64,000 nt of DNA from Parcubacteria group bacterium (GTDB taxonomy: Bacteria > Patescibacteriota > Minisyncoccia > Moranbacterales > UBA11712), in NCBI GenBank assembly GCA_041659065.1, contig JBAZYY010000003.1, positions 20,696 to 84,695 on the forward strand, given 5' to 3'. Below are positions 45,245 to 56,188 of the stretch, one piece after another; positions within the stretch are counted from its first letter, which is position 1, and every line of letters starts with the position of its first letter. The position numbers and the translations under genes are program-made. Under the pieces are notes generated by a model. It searched no databases, was not told where the DNA came from, and saw nothing but the letters and a program-made list of their open reading frames with translations.

Positions 45245-45414
45245 AGTTTACAAGATTAATTTTAGATTCACAAATGAAAAAAGGCCGGCTCGGCGGAGCA
45301 GACCCTGTTGAGGTTACGATTATTCTTATTCTTTCTCGCTATTTAACCAAGTTTCCAGGGCACAAAAAAAGACAATCAGTGATTTGGAAACCTGGTTTCC
45401 AAAAAAAATAATTT

Positions 45415-46137
45415 ATGAAAAATATTCTCAAAAAATTCGGACTGAGCGAAAAAGAGGCGGAGGTATATCTTGCGGCTTTGGAGCTGGGCGAAGCAACCGG
45501 ATTTCGGATCTATAAAAAAACCGAACTCAAAAAGCCGACGGTGTATTATATTCTCGATGAGTTGCAAAAACGCGGGCTGGTGAGCCAAACGAAGAAAGGG
45601 AAGAAGCGATATTTTGTCGCGGAAGATCCGGGGAAAATCAGAAAAAAAATTGAAGATAACCCGAAATCCTTTGACGAAATTCTGCCCGAGCTAAGATCGA
45701 TTTTTAATCGAAAAGCGACAAAACCGATAATTCGATTTTATGAAGGCCGACAAGGCTTGGAAGAAGTCTACGCCGATACTTTGAAATATAAGGGCGAAAT
45801 TCTTGCTTTCGCGTCGGAACAAATATTCCATTCTTTGGGACAGGAATTCAGCGAAAGCTATGTTGAAAAAAGAATAAAGGCCGGTATCCCGGTGCGGGCG
45901 GTTATGCCAAGCACCGAGAATCTTCAAAAAAACTACATCGAAAAAGATTTGGCGCAGCTGCGGGCGACAAAACTGATCAACCCCAGAAAATACAATTTTC
46001 CAATCGAAATAAACATATATGCCAATAAAGTGGCCTTAATTTCTTTTCGGGATGAGCTTGGTTTGATCATCGAGTCCGACGAAATCAACCGGATGACGAA
46101 GATGATGTTTGAATTTTTTTGGGTTGCGTTGATGTAG
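45415..46137 (+). CDS. TrmB-family transcriptional regulator
   Basis: N-terminal wHTH (LSEKEAEVYLAALELGEATGFRIYKKTELKKPTVYYILDELQKRGLV) typical of TrmB, followed by a TrmB_C-like domain. Confidence 0.7.
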   Translation: MKNILKKFGLSEKEAEVYLAALELGEATGFRIYKKTELKKPTVYYILDELQKRGLVSQTKKGKKRYFVAEDPGKIRKKIEDNPKSFDEILPELRSIFNRKATKPIIRFYEGRQGLEEVYADTLKYKGEILAFASEQIFHSLGQEFSESYVEKRIKAGIPVRAVMPSTENLQKNYIEKDLAQLRATKLINPRKYNFPIEINIYANKVALISFRDELGLIIESDEINRMTKMMFEFFWVALM

Positions 46138-46312
46138 AAATATTTAATTGCCGAAGCCCCGGCACCAATTAGAAAAATTATATTATACGCAGCTACATAG
46201 CAAGCTGGCGGACAAAAATTATTTCTTTCAATATGCTCTATAATTCGTGCGGGGCAAGCTTGTCAGACAGCCTTTATATATGTATAGTTAAGCCAGAGCT
46301 TAAACTAAAAAT

Positions 46313-47461
46313 ATGAGAATTGGAATCGATGCCAGAGCCATCCTGAACCCGGAGAAATCCGCCCCTAGCGGGGTGGCGCATTATGTTTGGCATCTCATCA
46401 AAAATCTGCTTGAGATTGATAAGGAAAACCAGTACGTCTTGTTTTTTGATTTCAAGGTGCGGGACTCGGATGTGAAGCGTTTCGCTCAGCCCAATGTCAA
46501 GATAAAATTCTTCCCATTTTCGGATTACAAAAAATATATGCCCGGGGCCTACAGTGAAATTTTGGGTTTGGCTACCTATAGCCGTGAAAAATTGGATATT
46601 TTGCACGCAACTTCGCCTTTGTACCGCGTGCCGGCGTCGTACCGCGGGAAAATTGTGACAACTTTCTACGATTTTGCCATGTACCGGGAGCCGGAACTTT
46701 TTCCGAAAATCGGCACGGCGAAAACCAAAGCTCTCTACAGCTTCATGGCGAAGATGTCGAACCGGATTATCGCGGTATCAAATTCGACCAAAGAAGACGT
46801 GAAAAAATATTTAGGGTGTCTCGATGAAAAAGTCAGCGTGGTCCATAATGGAATTGACAGAAGATTTTTTGAGGAGTGCGAATACGACCGCGAAAAGCTG
46901 AAGGAAAAATTCGGTCTGAAGGATAAATACATTTTATTTTTGGGAACGCTCGAACCGAGAAAAAATTTAGGCCGGGTACTTGAGTCATTCGCAAAACTTC
47001 GAAAAGATCCGCAGAAAAATTTCAACTATCAGCTGCTGGTGGTCGGAAAACGGGGATGGCTGGCGGAGGAATATCGGCAAATTGCCGAAGACTTGGAAAT
47101 ACAAGATGATGTGATATTTTCAGGTTATGTCGGCGGGGATGAGCTTAAGCCGCTCTATGCATTCGCGGAATTTTTCGTGATGCCGTCGCTTTATGAAGGC
47201 TTCGGTCAAACAATCGTGGAGGCGATGGCTTGCGGCGCGCCGTGTCTTGTTTCCCGAGTTTCTTCGATTCCGGAGGTGGCTGGGGACGCGGTTTATTACG
47301 TTGATCCGCATGACACAGATGGCATCGTAAAAGGCATGGAGGAGTTGGCAAAAAGCAAGGAGCTTCGCAGCGAATTGAGCGCGAAAGGGAAAGAGCAAGC
47401 CAAAAAATTCAGTTGGGATAAATGCGCGCTGGAAACATTAGAGGTTTATAAAAGTATTTAA
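46313..47461 (+). CDS. glycosyltransferase family 4 (GT-B, group 1)
   Basis: The C-terminal domain has EGFGQTIVEAMACGAPCLVS (EX7E motif region). Confidence 0.85.
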   Translation: MRIGIDARAILNPEKSAPSGVAHYVWHLIKNLLEIDKENQYVLFFDFKVRDSDVKRFAQPNVKIKFFPFSDYKKYMPGAYSEILGLATYSREKLDILHATSPLYRVPASYRGKIVTTFYDFAMYREPELFPKIGTAKTKALYSFMAKMSNRIIAVSNSTKEDVKKYLGCLDEKVSVVHNGIDRRFFEECEYDREKLKEKFGLKDKYILFLGTLEPRKNLGRVLESFAKLRKDPQKNFNYQLLVVGKRGWLAEEYRQIAEDLEIQDDVIFSGYVGGDELKPLYAFAEFFVMPSLYEGFGQTIVEAMACGAPCLVSRVSSIPEVAGDAVYYVDPHDTDGIVKGMEELAKSKELRSELSAKGKEQAKKFSWDKCALETLEVYKSI

Positions 47462-47484
47462 ATACGGAGAAGAATAAATAAATG

Positions 47485-47510
47485 ATAGCCTTGTTTTTCC
47501 AGGCTATTTT
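47485..47510 (+). terminator. rho-independent terminator
   Basis: atagcct-tgtttttcc-aggctat hairpin followed by TTTT. Confidence 0.55.
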
Positions 47511-47711
47511 TGTTGTTTGTAAGCCCTACAGTATTACAGTATATTGTAGGACATTTTAAAGCGGGGGTTGAGAAAATTAGGGAGAGATTAATGAAGGGGA
47601 AGTTATGAATAAAGTGAAAGGAAAAAGGGAAGTAGTAAATAAATTGACTTTAGCGAGGTTTTTTAGTAATTTTACTAGGTAATTTGATGCATAAAGCAGA
47701 AAAAATAAATT

Positions 47712-50700
47712 ATGTTTAAGCCAGTCGATCCCAAGCAATCGCTTCCCAAAATGGAGGAAGAGATTTTGAAGTTTTGGGAGGAAAATAAGATATTTGAGAA
47801 GTCGGTGGAAAAAAATTCAGCCGATAAATCTTTTGTGTTCTATGAAGGTCCGCCGACCGCCAATGGCCAGCCCGGGTTGCACCATGTCTTGGCGCGCTCT
47901 TTTAAGGATATTATTCCCCGCTACAAAACGATGAAGGGCTTTCGCGTGGAGCGCAAAGCCGGTTGGGATACGCATGGTTTGCCGGTTGAAATTCAGGTCG
48001 AAAAAGAGCTTGGTATTCACACAAAACCTGAGATTGAAAATATTATTCCGGGCAATGCGCGCGCGAGCATTATCGAATTCAACAAGAAATGCAAAGAATC
48101 AGTTTGGAAATATAAGGACCTTTGGGAAAAACTCACGGAAAGGATGGCTTATTGGGTGGACATGAAGCATCCCTACATTACTTACGAGAATAAGTATATT
48201 GAATCGGTCTGGTGGACATTCGCGCAAATTTTCAAGACGAAAGGAAAGAATGGCAAGGGTCTGGTTTATCGAGGCAGCAAGGTGATTCCATATTGCTATC
48301 GTTGCGGGACCGGGCTTTCCTCGCACGAAGTTGCGCAGGGCTACCAAAAAGTCAGAGACAATTCGGTGTATGTGAAATTCAAAGTGAAGTCCGGCCAAAA
48401 AATCGGCGAGTTTGAAACTGATGATCAAACATACTTTTTAGTCTGGACGACAACGCCCTGGACTTTGCCGGGAAATGTTGCGCTCGCGGTCGGAGAAAAT
48501 ATCGATTATTTAATCGCTGAAGTTGAGGAAAATGATTACAAGGAGGTGGGTTTGCATAAAGGCGATAAAATAATCTTAATCAACGATGTCGAATTGCAGA
48601 GAAATATTTTTCGAGGAGATCATATTCGTTGGGGGTCAGTCCATAATCACGAAGATGACCATGCCTGGGGGGCGGTGAAATATGGCAACCAACAGGAAAA
48701 TAATATTTTATTTACGAATAAAAAGCTAAAATTTCCGAAAGGAAAAGAATTGATCAATTTAGAGTACGAACCACTTTACGAAACCAATAACACCGATAAA
48801 AAATCTTATTTCGTATTAACCGATGATTTTGTCTCAACGGGTGAGGGAACCGGAATGGTGCACATCGCGCCGGCATTTGGTGAGGATGACGCGCGGGTCG
48901 GTGCGGAAAATAATTTGCCAACTTTGATTACGGTAAATGAGGAAGGAAAAATCACGGCCGATGTCCCTGGAAAAGGAATTCCAGTCAAGAAAAAAAATGA
49001 TAAGAATCAATATGAAGCCGATGCTCTTATAATGGAGGATCTGAAAAAACGCGGTTTGCTGTTTAAAGAAGAAATAATTGAGCATGATTATCCGCATTGC
49101 TGGCGATGTGACATGCCGCTTATATACTATGCCAAACCCTCTTGGTTTATCCGGATGAGCGAATTTTCGGAGGAGCTAAAAAAGAATAATGAAGGCATCA
49201 ACTGGATCCCGAAGCATATCAAGGAAGGGCGCTTTGGCGAATGGCTCGAAAACGTGAAGGATTGGGCGATCTCGCGGGAAAGATATTGGGGCACGCCGCT
49301 GCCGATTTGGATTTGCGAAAAATGCGGGGCGCAAAAAGTTATAGAATCCATTGCCGAGCTTGAGAATTTATCCGGGCAGAAAATGGAGGATTTGCACAAG
49401 CCCTTTATCGACGAAGTTTCATTTAAATGCGCGGAATGCGGCGGAGCCATGAAAAAAACTCCGGAGGTTATGGACGTTTGGTTTGATTCCGGGGCGATGC
49501 CGCTTGCCGAGTTCAGCTATCCTGGCGGTGCGACAGAGGAGGAAAAAGAGAAAATCGAAAGTGGAAAATATTTTCCCGCGGATTATATTTCGGAAGCGAT
49601 AGACCAAACACGCGGATGGTTCTATACCTTGCATGCCATTGCGACCGTTCTGAATCTCTCAAAAAAAGTTCCAACCGGGAATGCTTATAAGAATGTCATC
49701 TGCCTGGGGCACATCTTGGATGGGAAAGGGAAAAAGATGAGCAAGTCCAAAGGCAATGTAATTGAGCCGATGGCGGTAATGGCCGAGAATGGCGCGGATG
49801 CTTTGCGCTGGATGCTTTTTTCAATCAATCAGCCGGGTCTGCCCAAAAAATTTGATCTCAAGGGCATGAAAGATGTCATGAACAGGGTTTTCAGGATGTT
49901 GTGGAATACTTATTATTTTTTTGTTCTCTATGCTAATGTGGATAAATTCAGCGCCGAGGGGGACAAGGACAAAAAAATCGTTAATCTCCTCGACCGCTGG
50001 ATTATTTCTGAAACGCAAGCCCTCATAAAAGAGGTGGATGGCAAATTGGACGCTTATGACGTGTATGGAGCAACAAAAATAATTGAGAAGTTTATTGATA
50101 ATCTTTCCAATTGGTATATCCGCCGTAGCCGGAGAAGGTTTTGGAAATCGGAAAGCGACGAGGATAAAAACCAGGCCTATGAAACTTTGCATTACGTTTT
50201 GCTCGAGCTCTCGAAACTCATGGCGCCGTTCACGCCTTTTATCGCCGAAGAAATATTCAAAAACCTAAGCTGGAAAGAGTCAGTGCACTTGGAAGATTTT
50301 CCAGAGGCTAAAGAAAATTGGATTAACAAGGAGCTCAACGAAAAAATGCAGGTCGTGCGCCGTTTCGTTAATATGGGTCTCGCGGTGCGCGCGAAAGCCG
50401 GCGTGAAAGTACGACAACCTCTCGCGGAGTTGCGCATCAATGAGGAGCTCGACCAAGAACTCTTGGAACTGATCCGGGATGAGGTAAATGTCAAAGCAGT
50501 CAATTTCTATAGCTTCATTGAACACGAGGAAGGATTTATGACCGCGGAAGAAGCAAAATGGATGATGGGCCTGGATACCCGCGTTACTGACGAATTGAGG
50601 CTTGAAGGTCAAGCCCGCGAGCTGATTCGGCAAATTCAAGAGCTGCGGAAAAAGGCCGGGTTTGAGGTTGACAATCGGGTAATGCTAAGTTATGCTGGCG

Positions 50701-50855
50701 GGTCGGATATATTCAGCCGATTCGAAAATTTAATAGCGCGGGAAGTGCTTGCAACGGGTGTCATGGAGGCCGAAATACCTGACGCGGAAATTGTGGAGGA
50801 AGTTGAAATAGACGGGAACAAGATTAAGATTTGGATAAAGAGAGTTTTTGCATAG
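47712..50855 (+). CDS. ileS: isoleucine--tRNA ligase (type 2, 1047 aa)
   Basis: HIGH-region PPTANGQPGLHHV, a KMSKS motif (GKKMSKSKGNV), and editing and Zn-binding C-terminal regions (CEKCG...C..CG). Confidence 0.95.
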   Translation: MFKPVDPKQSLPKMEEEILKFWEENKIFEKSVEKNSADKSFVFYEGPPTANGQPGLHHVLARSFKDIIPRYKTMKGFRVERKAGWDTHGLPVEIQVEKELGIHTKPEIENIIPGNARASIIEFNKKCKESVWKYKDLWEKLTERMAYWVDMKHPYITYENKYIESVWWTFAQIFKTKGKNGKGLVYRGSKVIPYCYRCGTGLSSHEVAQGYQKVRDNSVYVKFKVKSGQKIGEFETDDQTYFLVWTTTPWTLPGNVALAVGENIDYLIAEVEENDYKEVGLHKGDKIILINDVELQRNIFRGDHIRWGSVHNHEDDHAWGAVKYGNQQENNILFTNKKLKFPKGKELINLEYEPLYETNNTDKKSYFVLTDDFVSTGEGTGMVHIAPAFGEDDARVGAENNLPTLITVNEEGKITADVPGKGIPVKKKNDKNQYEADALIMEDLKKRGLLFKEEIIEHDYPHCWRCDMPLIYYAKPSWFIRMSEFSEELKKNNEGINWIPKHIKEGRFGEWLENVKDWAISRERYWGTPLPIWICEKCGAQKVIESIAELENLSGQKMEDLHKPFIDEVSFKCAECGGAMKKTPEVMDVWFDSGAMPLAEFSYPGGATEEEKEKIESGKYFPADYISEAIDQTRGWFYTLHAIATVLNLSKKVPTGNAYKNVICLGHILDGKGKKMSKSKGNVIEPMAVMAENGADALRWMLFSINQPGLPKKFDLKGMKDVMNRVFRMLWNTYYFFVLYANVDKFSAEGDKDKKIVNLLDRWIISETQALIKEVDGKLDAYDVYGATKIIEKFIDNLSNWYIRRSRRRFWKSESDEDKNQAYETLHYVLLELSKLMAPFTPFIAEEIFKNLSWKESVHLEDFPEAKENWINKELNEKMQVVRRFVNMGLAVRAKAGVKVRQPLAELRINEELDQELLELIRDEVNVKAVNFYSFIEHEEGFMTAEEAKWMMGLDTRVTDELRLEGQARELIRQIQELRKKAGFEVDNRVMLSYAGGSDIFSRFENLIAREVLATGVMEAEIPDAEIVEEVEIDGNKIKIWIKRVFA

Positions 50856-50908
50856 GATTCTCAGGGGGAACTGTTCGTTTAAAACTTAAAAAAAGAAGGT
50901 ATATCTTT

Positions 50909-51064
50909 ATGGATAGCAATCTTGCATCCAAACTGATGATTGCCGCTCTGGGTGTGATTGGAATTGGAGTTTCGCTTTTTGTATCCCTCACGATCGAATA
51001 CCTTGGTGGATGGCGGATATTAGCTGAAACAATTTTGAAGAAGATTAAGAAAAAACAATCATAA
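50909..51064 (+). CDS. tiny membrane protein (51 aa)
   Basis: A single TM helix (MIAALGVIGIGVSLFVSLTI) with an RBS-like aagaagg upstream. First of a run of six tiny ORFs. Confidence 0.4.
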   Translation: MDSNLASKLMIAALGVIGIGVSLFVSLTIEYLGGWRILAETILKKIKKKQS

Positions 51065-51094
51065 TTTTTTCGGCCCAAGGGGCGGGAGGGGATT

Positions 51095-51325
51095 ATGCAG
51101 CCGATAGCGGAAGGTATTATTATGGCGACCCGATATTTTTGGGAGCTCTTTGACCTTTTGATTTCTCCTCGCTGCCCAAAGTGCAAGAGCTACGATGTCG
51201 AGGCGACGGGTAAATCGAAAATTTTCGCTTCTCCCATGGAGGGACAAGACAGCTCAAGCTCCATATTATTTATGCAAGAGTATAAATGCCGTAAATCTGG
51301 TCATAAGTTTCTGTGGTGGTTTTAA
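51095..51325 (+). CDS. small zinc-ribbon protein (76 aa)
   Basis: CPKCKS ... CRKSGH; preceded by the GGGAGGGG RBS. Confidence 0.45.
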   Translation: MQPIAEGIIMATRYFWELFDLLISPRCPKCKSYDVEATGKSKIFASPMEGQDSSSSILFMQEYKCRKSGHKFLWWF

Positions 51326-51335
51326 AGGAGGCGGT

Positions 51336-51500
51336 ATGAGAAAATTTTTGATCTGGCTATGGAAAGGCGTCGTCTCATTTTTTGCGGCTCCTAAAAAACC
51401 GGATAACAAGCATTCGCTTCTCTCGTCCCACTCTAGAGTCTATGGCCAGGAATCTCTATATCTTTGCGTGGGTCAGCTAGGCTCCAAAGAGGAAAAATAG
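51336..51500 (+). CDS. tiny membrane protein (54 aa)
   Basis: RBS aaggaggcgg followed by ATG; hydrophobic N-terminus. Confidence 0.4.
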   Translation: MRKFLIWLWKGVVSFFAAPKKPDNKHSLLSSHSRVYGQESLYLCVGQLGSKEEK

Positions 51501-51501
51501 A

Positions 51502-51660
51502 ATGACTGCGACCCTTTTTCTGGCGATTTTAACCGTCGGCTTAGCGGCGTACGTTTCCGATGCGGATTCAGCCTGGAAAATCCTGGTTGCCAGCGCTTTC
51601 TTGCTAACGACTTTCAGACTCCTCTTTTGGAGCCGTAAGAAAAAATTCACAGGCCAGTAA
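51502..51660 (+). CDS. tiny membrane protein (52 aa)
   Basis: The start sits 2 nt after the previous stop, with RBS agaggaaaaa; one TM helix. Confidence 0.4.
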   Translation: MTATLFLAILTVGLAAYVSDADSAWKILVASAFLLTTFRLLFWSRKKKFTGQ

Positions 51661-51687
51661 TTTCCTCTGGCCAAAGGAAGGGGAAAA

Positions 51688-51873
51688 ATGGTCTATACTC
51701 CGTTCCCTCTGACGATTCTTGTGCCCGGGATGATAATGGGCGGAATTTTGCTTCTGGTAATTTTTTCTCTCCTCAATATGGCACAAAGAGGGGACAGCCA
51801 ACAGGATCAACTGGAATTTGAATTGGCCCACAAAAGCTCCGAGGACTCTAACGATGAGGAATGTGTATCATGA
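51688..51873 (+). CDS. tiny membrane protein (61 aa)
   Basis: RBS aaggaagggg; a TM helix then an acidic tail. Confidence 0.4.
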   Translation: MVYTPFPLTILVPGMIMGGILLLVIFSLLNMAQRGDSQQDQLEFELAHKSSEDSNDEECVS

Positions 51874-51968
51874 CTGACTTACCGCCTTGCGGCTTCGGGT
51901 GGATTTTTTTCATCGGTCCGGTATCCATGTTTATTTATACCATGCTCATGGGAGGCCGCGGGAAATGA
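51870..51968 (+). CDS. tiny membrane protein (32 aa)
   Basis: ATGA start/stop overlap with the previous ORF (translational coupling); hydrophobic. Confidence 0.3.
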   Translation: MTDLPPCGFGWIFFIGPVSMFIYTMLMGGRGK

Positions 51969-52108
51969 TTATTGCGCGGATCTCAAAGACTTCAACCACC
52001 GCTGTGGGGGCACCTCTACAGCGGTTTTTTTATAAAATACTCTATACTATAATAGAAGTGGGATAATTGCGCAGCTTTATTTTCTAGATCCCAAACATAT
52101 AAAAACTT

Positions 52109-52822
52109 ATGCAAAAATATACTGCTATAATTCTTTCCTCCCGCGATACGAATGAATTTGACCGCATATATATAATGTACACGCTGGAATTCGGCTTGGT
52201 GCGGGCGGTAGCCAAGGGCGCGCGAAAGCCAACCGCGAAACTGGCCGGGCATCTTGAGCCCGGAACGCTCTCCGAGGTCTATATCGCGCGAGCGAAGGGC
52301 CTAGGGCAAATCACTGGCGCGGTCGAAATCAAAAATCATGAGCACATAAAAAACAGCTACGAAAAGCTGCAACAGGTTTTTCCCGTGCTTAATTTCATTG
52401 CGCGAAAATTCAGCGAAGAAGAAAAAGACGAAAAGATCTTCGAACTGCTGTCAGATTTTCTAGACTTGCTGAACGGGCGTGATAATCCTGAGGGAAGCGA
52501 TAAGATTATCACGGCTTCTTTTTGGTGGAAACTGTTTGATTTTTTAGGGCATCGTCCTGAAGTGATGCGCTGCGCTAACTGCGAAAGTATTCTTACGGAA
52601 TCCGGAAAGAAATTTTTCAGCGTCTCGAAAGGGGGGATAATCTGCGCGGGATGCTCCACAAGCGGAGAAAATCTTCTGAATATATCCTCGAATAATATCA
52701 AGCTTATCCGCGTGTTTCTGGGAAATCCGATCAAAAAAATTTCCAAAATCAAAGCGGAAAAAAATGATATCCAAAACCTCGAAAGGATTACCGAACTTTT
52801 TCAAAAATATAACTTTACTTAA
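52109..52822 (+). CDS. recO: DNA repair protein RecO
   Basis: N-terminal OB-fold region and a C-terminal zinc motif CANCES...CAGCS. Confidence 0.8.
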   Translation: MQKYTAIILSSRDTNEFDRIYIMYTLEFGLVRAVAKGARKPTAKLAGHLEPGTLSEVYIARAKGLGQITGAVEIKNHEHIKNSYEKLQQVFPVLNFIARKFSEEEKDEKIFELLSDFLDLLNGRDNPEGSDKIITASFWWKLFDFLGHRPEVMRCANCESILTESGKKFFSVSKGGIICAGCSTSGENLLNISSNNIKLIRVFLGNPIKKISKIKAEKNDIQNLERITELFQKYNFT

Positions 52823-52928
52823 GGTATTTGTGCCGGTGCGGCTATTATTGTAAAATGAAGCCAATGCTTTGGGGAATCGCTGAAAAATTCATTGCCGCAG
52901 GCCGCTCTAATAAGCGCATAAACAAAAA

Positions 52929-54872
52929 ATGTCGTTAAAAAACATAGAAGAGAGTTTATACAGGAGAGAGGAAAATCCGGAAGAGAAAAAATCTTTTACA
53001 CTTGAGAGTTTGAACCCCGCCCAGACGGATGAAAGTCCCTTCGCTCCGGCTAGCTTTAGCGCGCCAAAAAACGAGTCAAAAGATGTTTGGATAAAAGAGG
53101 GAGGCGAGGAAAAGAAGGCAAAGAGGAAAAGAATCACGAAAATCGTGTTGATAACGGCGGGCGTTATCGCGCTGATCGTAGGAATTATTTACGCGGCTGT
53201 CGTCTATAGGAGCACGGCTTTTTCCGAAGATAAAGTGGCGGTGACGGTCTCCGGACCGGATAAAGTAAAGAGCGGGGAGCTCGCGACCTACGAGATAACT
53301 TACAATAATGATAATCGGGCCGCGCTCAAGGACGCCGTTGTCAGAATCGGCTACTCGGACAATTTCAAACCGATCGGGAATCTCGATCTCGTAGCGGACG
53401 GACCCAATGCCAGCAAATACAATATTGGGGCGATCGACAAAAAAGCCAGCGGCAAGCTCATCCTAAAAGGAAAGTTTTTTGGGCCTAAGGACTTGATGGT
53501 TTACTTGAATGTCAAACTGGATTACAGCTCTTCGAATTTCAATTCCACGTTTTCGACCGAAAGCAAGCAAAGCGTCTTTATCTCCTCCAGCCCTTTGACG
53601 CTTGAGCTTTCCGGCCCGCAAAACGCATCAGCGGGAAATTCAGTCACCTACACGGTAAAATATGAAAACACCGGGCAAGATGCCTTCAAGGATTTAAAGA
53701 TAAAGGCGGAATATCCAAAAGATTTCACTTATATTTCTGCCGAGCCGCTGGCTACCCGGGACAATAGCTTGTGGTATGTCGGCGATCTCGAAGCCGGACA
53801 GAAGGGTGAAATAAAATTCACGGGATCAATAAGCGGCGGGGCGGATGAAGTAAAAAGGTTTAGCGCTTCAATCGGGGAATTTGGCGATAATGAAGAGTTT
53901 GTTGCCTACCAAAAATCGGATGCCAGCGTGAGAATAGTCGGATCAGCTCTTCTAGTCGCCCAGACTATTAACAAGGAAAAGGATAATATTTCCGTGAACG
54001 CGGGCGAAACATTGAATTTTAATATCAAATATAAAAATACGGGCCGAATTGGACTTAAGGATATAATTCTTACCGAGGAAATGGTCAGCCCGATCATAGA
54101 TTATTCCACGCTGAGATTCAATAGTTCAAATGGTTCGCTTGATTCCGGCAGCAGCGTTATTACCTGGAAAGGGTCCGATACGGATAAATTAAAACTCCTG
54201 GAACCCGGAGAAGCGGGGGAAATATCTTTTTCAGTAAAAATCAAAGATCAAATTCCCATAGCCAGCACTAAGGATAAAAACTTTTCTTTTGCGGCCAATG
54301 CCAAGATGGATAGTCCGGATATTCCCACTCCGGAAGGAGTGAATAAGATAATCGCGAGCAATACCGTGGGAGTAAAGCTTAAGTCGAAACTTCTGATTGA
54401 AGAAACGGGCTGGTATAATGACGATACCGGGCTTGAAAATTCCGGATCGCTGCCTCTCAAGGTCGGGGAGGAAACTACGTTTAGCATCCATCTGAAACTG
54501 ACCAATGTTTCAAATGACATCACAAACGTGAAGGTCGCCGTGACGCTGGCTCCGGGCATTAAGTGGAAAAACAATTTTCTTCCTAAGGACGCGAGTGTTA
54601 GTTTTAATGATCGGACCAATGAACTGACTTGGAATATCGGGACCATGCCGGCCGGAGTTGGTATTTTGACCGATCCCAAACAACTGGCTTTTCAAATCGG
54701 AGCGACTCCCTCTGAAAACCAAAAAGGGCAATATATCCCGCTCATAAGCAAGGCCGTCTTTTCGGCGGATGACACGTTTACGAAAGAAAAGCTTGAGACA
54801 GGGCTGGGTGAAAAAAATTCCAATCTTCAGGAAGACATCAGTGTTGGAGATAGCGGGAAGGTGGCACTGTAG
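52929..54872 (+). CDS. membrane-anchored DUF11 (CARDB-like) repeat protein
   Basis: An N-terminal TM helix followed by at least four beta-rich repeat modules of the form VSGPDKVKSGELATYEITYNN... / LSGPQNASAGNSVTYTVKYEN... Confidence 0.6.
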   Translation: MSLKNIEESLYRREENPEEKKSFTLESLNPAQTDESPFAPASFSAPKNESKDVWIKEGGEEKKAKRKRITKIVLITAGVIALIVGIIYAAVVYRSTAFSEDKVAVTVSGPDKVKSGELATYEITYNNDNRAALKDAVVRIGYSDNFKPIGNLDLVADGPNASKYNIGAIDKKASGKLILKGKFFGPKDLMVYLNVKLDYSSSNFNSTFSTESKQSVFISSSPLTLELSGPQNASAGNSVTYTVKYENTGQDAFKDLKIKAEYPKDFTYISAEPLATRDNSLWYVGDLEAGQKGEIKFTGSISGGADEVKRFSASIGEFGDNEEFVAYQKSDASVRIVGSALLVAQTINKEKDNISVNAGETLNFNIKYKNTGRIGLKDIILTEEMVSPIIDYSTLRFNSSNGSLDSGSSVITWKGSDTDKLKLLEPGEAGEISFSVKIKDQIPIASTKDKNFSFAANAKMDSPDIPTPEGVNKIIASNTVGVKLKSKLLIEETGWYNDDTGLENSGSLPLKVGEETTFSIHLKLTNVSNDITNVKVAVTLAPGIKWKNNFLPKDASVSFNDRTNELTWNIGTMPAGVGILTDPKQLAFQIGATPSENQKGQYIPLISKAVFSADDTFTKEKLETGLGEKNSNLQEDISVGDSGKVAL

Positions 54873-54931
54873 CCTCATAACACACGACGCATGGCGCGCA
54901 ACTTAATTACTAACGCGAATTTGAGGTTTAG

Positions 54932-56143
<1,212 letters not shown>

Positions 56144-56188
56144 AAGGATTTTTATGGGCGTTTGCCGAGTAAGCATTAATTCGTTTAT

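Noticed and set aside
47580-47610. Possible T-box upstream of ileS (AATTAGGGAGAG)
   Set aside because: Only the AAUUAGGG half matches. The UGGNACCGCG bulge and antiterminator segment is absent and no terminator follows. It was not called.
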